From Magallana gigas (taxonomy: Eukaryota), in the NCBI RefSeq assembly GCF_963853765.1, contig NC_088860.1, positions 18,848,001 through 18,912,000 on the forward strand: a stretch of 64,000 nucleotides of DNA. The letters are read 5' to 3'. Below the pieces are notes generated by a model that was given only the letters and a program-made list of their open reading frames with translations, had not been told where the DNA came from and did not search any database. The translations under genes and the position numbers were made by a program. Shown here one piece after another: positions 56,390-64,000 of this stretch (the first letter of the stretch is position 1; each line of letters begins with the position of its first letter).

Positions 56390-58020
56390 AAGGTATTCTA
56401 GTTGGAGTAAACAGTGACGATATGACCAGAAAGATGAAATCATCAATGCCAACAAATGAACAAGACGACCTTGCAAGAGCAGATGACAGCCTCAGAATAG
56501 AGAACAACTAGATGAACCATGCAGAAGACAGAAAGATCGTAAACCATAAGAACCACGCAAATGAGGAACAAAATAACGCAGTCAACAGAAACAACAGGCA
56601 GATAAATTAGTAAACGAAGAGAAAAAGAAAGTTGTCGAGCACACGATGAGAACAACCTCCGTACATTGAAAGAACACACAAATTGCATACCAGATCGAAA
56701 ACGAAACCAACAGACATTGCAAAGAACCGGATGACCTCAAATTCAAAAAGAACGTCAACCAAAAAGACGGAGCAAATGAAGAAATAAAGTAAAGAACAAA
56801 ACTATACAGCAGCAGATAAAAAGAACAGCCAGGTGAACCAACAGAAGGAACAATCAAAGTATTACAACCAAGTACTAGTATAATTATGACAATAAAAACA
56901 AGGTAACACTGCATACAGAGGGAACAAGTAGAAGAAAACTACCTAACAAAAAATCAATAAATTAAAATGCATATGAAAAGGAAAATAAGAAAACACACCC
57001 GAAAGTGGATTGCATACCAATTGAGAAGCCAACTAGGGGACACTTTGTAATCAACCAGATGACCTCAATGACAGAGAGAATGTCAACCAAGAGGACCAGG
57101 CAAGTTAAGTGGAGAACAAAGTTACGCAGCAGAAATTGCAAGCAACCAAGTCAACCAACAAACAGGAAAACATGACATGGTGATAACAAACAATGTTCAA
57201 AATCAAATCCAAAGGAAAAATACAAAACAGGAGTAGAGCAAATACAGATTAGAACCATGAAGAAGTGGGCATTTTCTGGTGACTGGTCACACCCGCCAGG
57301 TGCTCTTTGTCGTAATCGGGAAAACCGGAAAAATCCGTAGACAATTATATGATTAATCATGACCTAACAATAAGTATGAAAAACGTCGGTCAGCATGTGA
57401 CCCAGTGGAATATTGTATATGCTGACAAAGTCGTTGTATCGACTATTTAGCTTACGAAACAAACAAACAAAAACCAAGTATTTGAAAATGAAAACAAAGT
57501 AACGCCGCTGCATACAGAGAGAGCAAATAGAGGAAGTGAAAAATCAAACAAGAACAAACACTGAAACAAATGAAGAGAAGAAACAGTTACCGCAGCCGAT
57601 AGAGGTAACAACAGATAAAGCAATGGACGAAGATAAAAAGAAAATGACCCAGCACATGATGAGAACATATAGCCTGCAGATATTGAAAGAACACGCGGAT
57701 TGCTTGTTAGATCAAGAAAACAACTAGTAGACATCGAGAACAATCGGATGAACCAAATGACGGAAAGAAAAAAATAGATGCCTCTATAGCCAGAGAAAAA
57801 AAAACATCAACAGACTAGAAACAACCATATTGACCATAATAGTTAGATATTAAAAAACGGCGAACAAACAGACAGGGAAAAAATCAAGTCGAACCAGCAC
57901 ACGAAGAAAACAACAGGAGGAACGAACAGACGAAGAGATCAACTGTGTGAACCTTCAGACCAAACAAGATGAACAAGGCATCAAGACTTGACCAGTAAAA
58001 AGGATAGAACAACCAGAGTC
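56390..58020 (+). repeat. Eroded purine-rich block with ~3 divergent internal units (possible decayed repetitive ORF)
   Basis: Recurrent GATGACCTCAA..GTCAACCAA, AGCACA(C/T)GA(T/A)GA(G/A)AACA and ATTGC motifs; many stops and frameshifts. Confidence 0.45.
57240..57345 (-). repeat. Fragment of an interspersed retroelement-tail-like repeat
   Basis: Minus strand GGCGGGTGTGACCAGTCACCAG..., recalled as an abundant oyster repeat; it interrupts the 56.4-58.0 kb purine-rich block. Confidence 0.4.
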
Positions 58021-59373
58021 ATTGATAGAAAAAAGTTAGCAGCAATTCATCTTTTAAAATCACATTTGTTCTTGTACCAATGAACATTTCATGGAAGCAA
58101 GCCAATGTATGGAATTCTTATGATAGAAGGATGACTCGTAATCGGACTTGATGAAAAGATGGGGGAAACAATTTGCTTGTAATTGAGAAAAGAGCTTGTA
58201 ATTGAGCTATAATTTGTGAAACTATTTTAGAGGCAAGTCAATAAATAATTTGTAGTTTTGGTAAAAATTGAATCTATGTGGAAGAGGCACATGCACGTGA
58301 TGAGTCTTTAAAGGTCATCCGAGTATAATGAAGTCTTGCTAAGGATTGACAAGAATGGAATTTGATAAGAAGAACATTGTCCTATGCATTATTTAATATG
58401 ATGCATAGATAAAAAGAAGTGAATAAGTTGGATTAATTTGGCAGATGTGAAAACTTTATATTTTGGAAATTTTGGGAAAAGGGTGATATAATAGTGCCCC
58501 CTACCTCTCCGGTCGCACTGTCAGCAGTCTGGTCAATATTGGTTAATGTGGGAGATGGGAAGAATAGTTTAAGATGTTTGATATGTAATTTTTAAAAAAG
58601 GAAGTGGAAGGGAGATGGTAAGTAAGCCATTAGGGGTATTTGAGTAGTGTTTATGCCAAGCCCTTCTTGTAAAACGTCGTACTGAAATCAAAACTCAATA
58701 AATGAAAACATTTTAGAAATGTAAATGATTTATTAAAATGACTAAGAGCCCCCAACACGGCAGGTATCAAAGCCACCACATACAAGGGTAAACAAAATTC
58801 AGAGGTGATATTCTTCATTATAACCATGTATTTTTTGACTGTGAGATGCCTTTTAGTAATGAAAAAGGTGATTTTAAAAGAATATATACATTCTCACTAT
58901 TAGAGCCCACCCTGACATATAAATTGTTGATATAAGGACCATCAATATATAAACATTGGTTAAAAGTCATCAAAATATATAATGTACTTTAATAGCTAGA
59001 TAATTAAAGTGAGAGAAGAGGGACTTTAAAGATTGCTTCAATATTTCAGGTCCTTTACGAGGACGGGAGGACGGGAGGACGGGGATCCTTTACTGACACC
59101 TTTTTGTGTTGCCTTTTCATAACCATCTCTTCTACTAGCATTCTTTAGTCAGTAAGGTTACAATCCAGGTTTCTTTAGAATCACCAGGACGCATACAAGG
59201 AGAAATAGGGTTTTAACCAGACTGCAATTTCTTCCTGTATTTGCCCCTCTATCGAGGATTGGTTCCTTCCTTCCCGTTTATAAAGGAAGCTGGTCAGCAA
59301 ATTATCCATCAGATTTTTTAAATATTTGATTTGTGTAGCCATAATCTATCAGTTAGTAAAGAAAATTTCTTAT

Positions 59374-59501
59374 NNNNNNNNNNNNNNNNNNNNNNNNNNN
59401 NNNNNNNNNNNNNNNNNNNNNNNNNNNNNNNNNNNNNNNNNNNNNNNNNNNNNNNNNNNNNNNNNNNNNNNNNNNNNNNNNNNNNNNNNNNNNNNNNNNN
59501 N
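59374..59501. other. Assembly gap (128 N)
   Basis: Run of N. Confidence 1.
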
Positions 59502-61088
59502 GCGATTCATATGATCTGAAAATTGCCTTGACCATCTGGTCTGGGACTTATTTTATGAACCTACTGACTCTTCTCCACTTTATGTAAATGCAATTCGATG
59601 GGGATTTATTCATATTCTGAGTTTATTTATCTGCAATGTGGAACCTAATGCATGTTTTTCATGTCTTTAGGCTAGGAGTCAGCATTCTTTTAATTACAAG
59701 CACCATTGCTTTTCTCAGTCTGTTTTCTAATCTTGGATGTCTTTTTTAATGTTGTGCGATAGTAATTTGATGTCTGACGAAACCCTGGCACGTTAAATGG
59801 ATTTATTCACGCTTTTATGTATACGTAGTGTCTTGGATCATTATGAATGTATATTTACATATATAATAAAAGATCTCGCCACGATAAAAGATGTCTTTCA
59901 TCTGCAAAAAGTATTTTTGTAGTATGAATCAACATAAATTTCATAATGCCATTTTTTTCTCTCAGATTTTTATATGGTATTTTAAAATCAACAAATTCTA
60001 CAAATATTTCTGACTAATAAGCTCTTTGGATTATTTTATTATGAATTTAATAGTGTCGTTGTTGCATGATCTAGTTTGTCTTCACCCATCTTTTGATGTC
60101 AATCAGTTTGACATCTTTCGCTGCTAAAATGATTTTTGTCCATGCATAACAGGCACATTGTACAACTGGGTTTAATGAAGACATCTTCTTGGAGAATTAT
60201 TTTTCTATACTCGTCACTAATACATAGATTTCCCTTTTTGGTACATGTAGTGTTAGGATTTTGTTATGCTTCCAGTCTAATGGTATTTTGCTTTTCTCCT
60301 GAATTTTACAAAAAGTAAGTTTACTTTAAACAAGACGTGGCATAGCATCTAAATCTGTTTTGAAGGGTAGAATATTGTTTGTCCAATATCCATGGAGATA
60401 TTCACTTTCTGCAAGCAATCCCTCAGATCAAGGATTAAACATTATCAAATCTCGGATACTTGTTAAACATACTTTTGATCGTAACATAAATAAGACATCG
60501 GAGGGAGAAAAAGTGTCAATCAAGTGACTGTCATACTAAATATAAAGTTAACTAAATTGTATTTGTGAAATTTTTATCTTTTGCTAAAGGGTACTTTGGA
60601 TGTAGTGAGGTGTTTATATTCTTAAACAATTGTCTAAAATTGTGCAACATTTAAATCTAAGAAAAAATATGAATATAAAATGCTTTACCCTAAACTTTGA
60701 CGTGTTTGTTCTCTTGGTATTTATTCGATCACTATACTTACATTGTAAAAATATTATTAAATTTTAGTGAGACAGCCATGTTTTTTTTCCCGATGTCTTA
60801 CATATATCTATGCTATGGCAAAAAGCATTTTTTCGACAAGATTCCGAAACATTTTTATTTATCAGAGGGGTTGCCCGCTCGTTGTCTATTAAAAAACATC
60901 AAGATAAGGCTTTTTTCGGTTACATTACTAATGCTCTAATTGTAGCATGCTACTAAAATGTCCATCAGTACTAATCACCTTGGAGTCTGAGAATAATGAC
61001 CATCCATATATGAGTTCAGAGTTCAAAAAGTGGAAATTTAAAAACTTATAATAACTTGAAAATATTTCACTAAAGGGTTACGGACAGT

Positions 61089-61472
61089 TGTGATTTTCCG
61101 GCTTTGGAAAATCTAGTCCAATCATTATTTATAGCACAAATATATGTTTTGTTTTATATTTTAGTATGATCAGAGACTCTTATTGAAAAGATAAAAAAAT
61201 CCAACCCCCGGTTGTCGAGAATTAAAGACAGCATGATGAATTTTGGTATGTTAATTTTAACAAGTAATATTTGGAGAAATTGTGATTTTCTGGCTTTGGA
61301 AAATCTAGTCCAATCATTGTTTATAGCACAAATATATGTTTTATTTTATATTTTAGTATGATCAGAGACTCTTATTGAAAAGATAAAAAATTTCAACCCC
61401 CGGTAGTCGAGATTTAAAGACAGCATGATGAATTTTGGTAAGTTAATTTTAACAAGCAATATTTGGAGAAAT
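61089..61472. repeat. 192-bp tandem duplication (2 copies)
   Basis: TGTGATTTTC starts at 61089 and 61281; the copies are near-identical. Confidence 0.9.
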
Positions 61473-62091
61473 TTTCGTATGGATATCAAAACGACCGTTA
61501 CTAAATAAAGAAGGCATGGCAAAGGCGAATAAAAACTAGGGTTCTGAGGGCTGAATATCACTTAGAAAGTACATGTATATGCCCGAAACACAACACATCT
61601 GGTACTGTAGTATTGATTAAGAAGTGTAAATACCCCTAAAAGTAAAATTTAAAAGTGATTAGCCTAATATGGATAAAGCATAGAATATTAAGGACACTTT
61701 GACATATTTTAGCTAAATAATTTGATTATTGCATGTCACGGTCCTTTAGTTACTGAACATTATAGTTTTAATGAGGTCGCAATTTTTTACGAAATTGAAA
61801 TTAAATTGCCATGCACACTATTAAATCTTCAACATGCATCTACAATAATGGTCACATATTTAAACAATTTTGATATTCATTTAGATATTTTTTCTGCATA
61901 TTTTTTAACATCTAAAAAGGAAGATTTGGTTTGCTTCAATGCTTCACTTCAATGATATCTTTATGTTAATGTATCACTAAAGAAAAATAAAATAACAATG
62001 GAAATGTTTTATCTGCGATGTTATTTTAACTTTCCTGCAGTCAGAAGAAACATCGAGTAATCCTTCTTACAATTACATGTATATACACTTA

Positions 62092-62117
62092 CTAGATATT
62101 ATCCCGCGCAAGCACGG
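62092..62117 (-). mobile_element. Helitron-like 3' terminus
   Basis: The minus strand reads CCGTGC-TT-GCGCGG hairpin, GATAATAT, CTAG|T. Confidence 0.55.
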
Positions 62118-63462
62118 AAATTAACAATTTTCAAACTGATATGATACAATGCCTAATATGTTGAACTCTATTTTTTTTTAATTTTTGTATATACCGTGTC
62201 CTAAAGTTTTTTTAACTGCTTTCTCTTCATATTATTTAAATTAAAAATAAAACAACTACATGGCTTGGTATTAACATGATTTAGAAGAGCTGGCAGAGTT
62301 GAAAAATCTAAACTGAAATGAATGGTATAATGTATTTATCTACTTGACAATAATTCTTTTTATTGCAACTGACTGGAAAAAATAACATTTTAACTGCTTA
62401 ATTTTATTAAAACTAGTGATTGGATATTTTGTGCGTCGTATCTTTAAATATTGTGCTATAGGTCGTTTATCACTGTCCTAAATCCGAATTTCAGATAAAT
62501 GTCAAGTATATTGGTATCAAAACACTATGACTATGAAGTTTCACATTGGAAAAAGAAATAATAGAGTTTTTGACATGTTTTACTTAAGAAATGAGGAACC
62601 GTTCTTTGAGAATCAGGAAGTGATCAGATACGGTAGTGGAGATTTAATCTTTTGAAGACCTAAGGGCTTTATGATAAATTTGATTTGATTTGAAGTCCGA
62701 CCGTATTTGATCATCTCGTTATGTTTAAAGATTCATTCATTTTACAACTTTTACTTTATAATTTTCGACACTTGTACTATTAAATATTTTTAAAAAATCA
62801 TGAATGAAATGTATTGAACAATACGTAACAAAATCGATCTGAAGTGTTAACACAAAGGCACTGGAAAATGAGAACATACATGTGTACTTCATGCAACAGA
62901 TGAATGGCGGCAATGGAAATTCAAGTAACTACTGTTCATTAGACCTATCCCTCGGTAAGTAACTTGTATTAAAAATCAGCCATGTGTCAGCTTCATTTTA
63001 TTTTTTGATAACATTATACTACACTTGTACAAAACTCCCACAAAACCAGACTTATATTTCTATCTGTTTTCAAAGTTGTGTAAAAGGAATTAAAAAAATT
63101 TAAATCAATCAAGATTTTTTTCTCTAATAGTTAGATTATCACATGTAGTTTGCAAAATGTTGAAAAATCAAAATCTCATGAAAACTACATAAACATTCGT
63201 ATTTTGATTGTAAATTTCTTCAAAATAGGTTTCCGGATTTCGAAGGAATGGTTTAGATTTGAATGATAGCAAAAGAAGAAGTGACATAGTTCCTACGACT
63301 CTTCCTATGGTAAGTAACCTGTATAAAGAAAGCGTTAGTACTGTAATACTGCAATGAGTTTGGCTGACACGAAGAAAGATTTAATATGATAAAACTGGTC
63401 ACAAAGAATATATCATATGCATATATCAGTTGACGCATGCTAGTATGTTACAATTTGCAAGG

Positions 63463-63463
<1 letters not shown>

Positions 63464-63540
<77 letters not shown>
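63464..63540. repeat. (TA)n microsatellite
   Basis: Direct. Confidence 0.95.
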
Positions 63541-63542
<2 letters not shown>

Positions 63543-64000
63543 TATAAAATCAATTCAAATTATGTTGATAATTCAACCTCCATTTTAAAAGAGAGCATAT
63601 TGTTAATCGTGCAGATGTCAATCGGTAGCTGGGTCGGTAGACCAAGTGTTGTCCGGACAAGATCTTAATCCTTTCTTGTATAAACATCAATCAGGTAACA
63701 CTGGTACCCCTAGTCCTTTTTAAGGCACGCTATTTTTGGCCAATGTTCATAAAACACAGACATCAATAGGAAGGCGTTGTGTAGCCCAGTCAGTATTTTG
63801 GGAACAATTTGTTTGATGAACACTTAACTTTATATTCTGTTGGAAGGAGGGAATGTACCTTGCTGATATTAAGGCCACCGGTAGTCTAACTGTTCTTCAC
63901 TTAATATCTTGAGAATCTACGTGAAAAACATCAGATTTGGTACACTGGTATTTTTAAGGAGTAGATGACCCTTTTGTTTTTGAGGTCAATGGCTTAATAG

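Overview
AT-rich eukaryotic DNA with two N gaps; the repeat families and gene content suggest a bivalve, probably an oyster (inference). Seven multi-exon genes were assembled by hand from splice sites and frame continuity: ERCC5/XPG (-, 3' end outside the window), DKC1 (+, head-to-head with ERCC5), a 75-aa serine palmitoyltransferase small subunit not recovered intact by the ORF track (-), cyclin C (+), an SLC16/MCT transporter (+), a glass zinc-finger orthologue (-, tail-to-tail with the MCT) and ornithine aminotransferase (-). The window is rich in unusual splicing: three U12-type (minor spliceosome) introns, two in ERCC5 and one in the SPT small subunit, plus one GC-AG intron in OAT. Notable mobile DNA: a hAT-like element whose 8-bp target duplication copies a DKC1 splice donor; an internally deleted Gypsy provirus whose pol ends at RNase H (Gmr1-like order); and a ~5-kb long-TIR element filling one MCT intron, with a nested heptad minisatellite, a foldback MITE and Kolobok-like elements carrying tRNA-like modules. 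Exon-like segments at 44-48 kb and 56-64 kb remain unassigned. No wholly new system is demonstrated. All homology calls are from memory of the protein families; no search was run.
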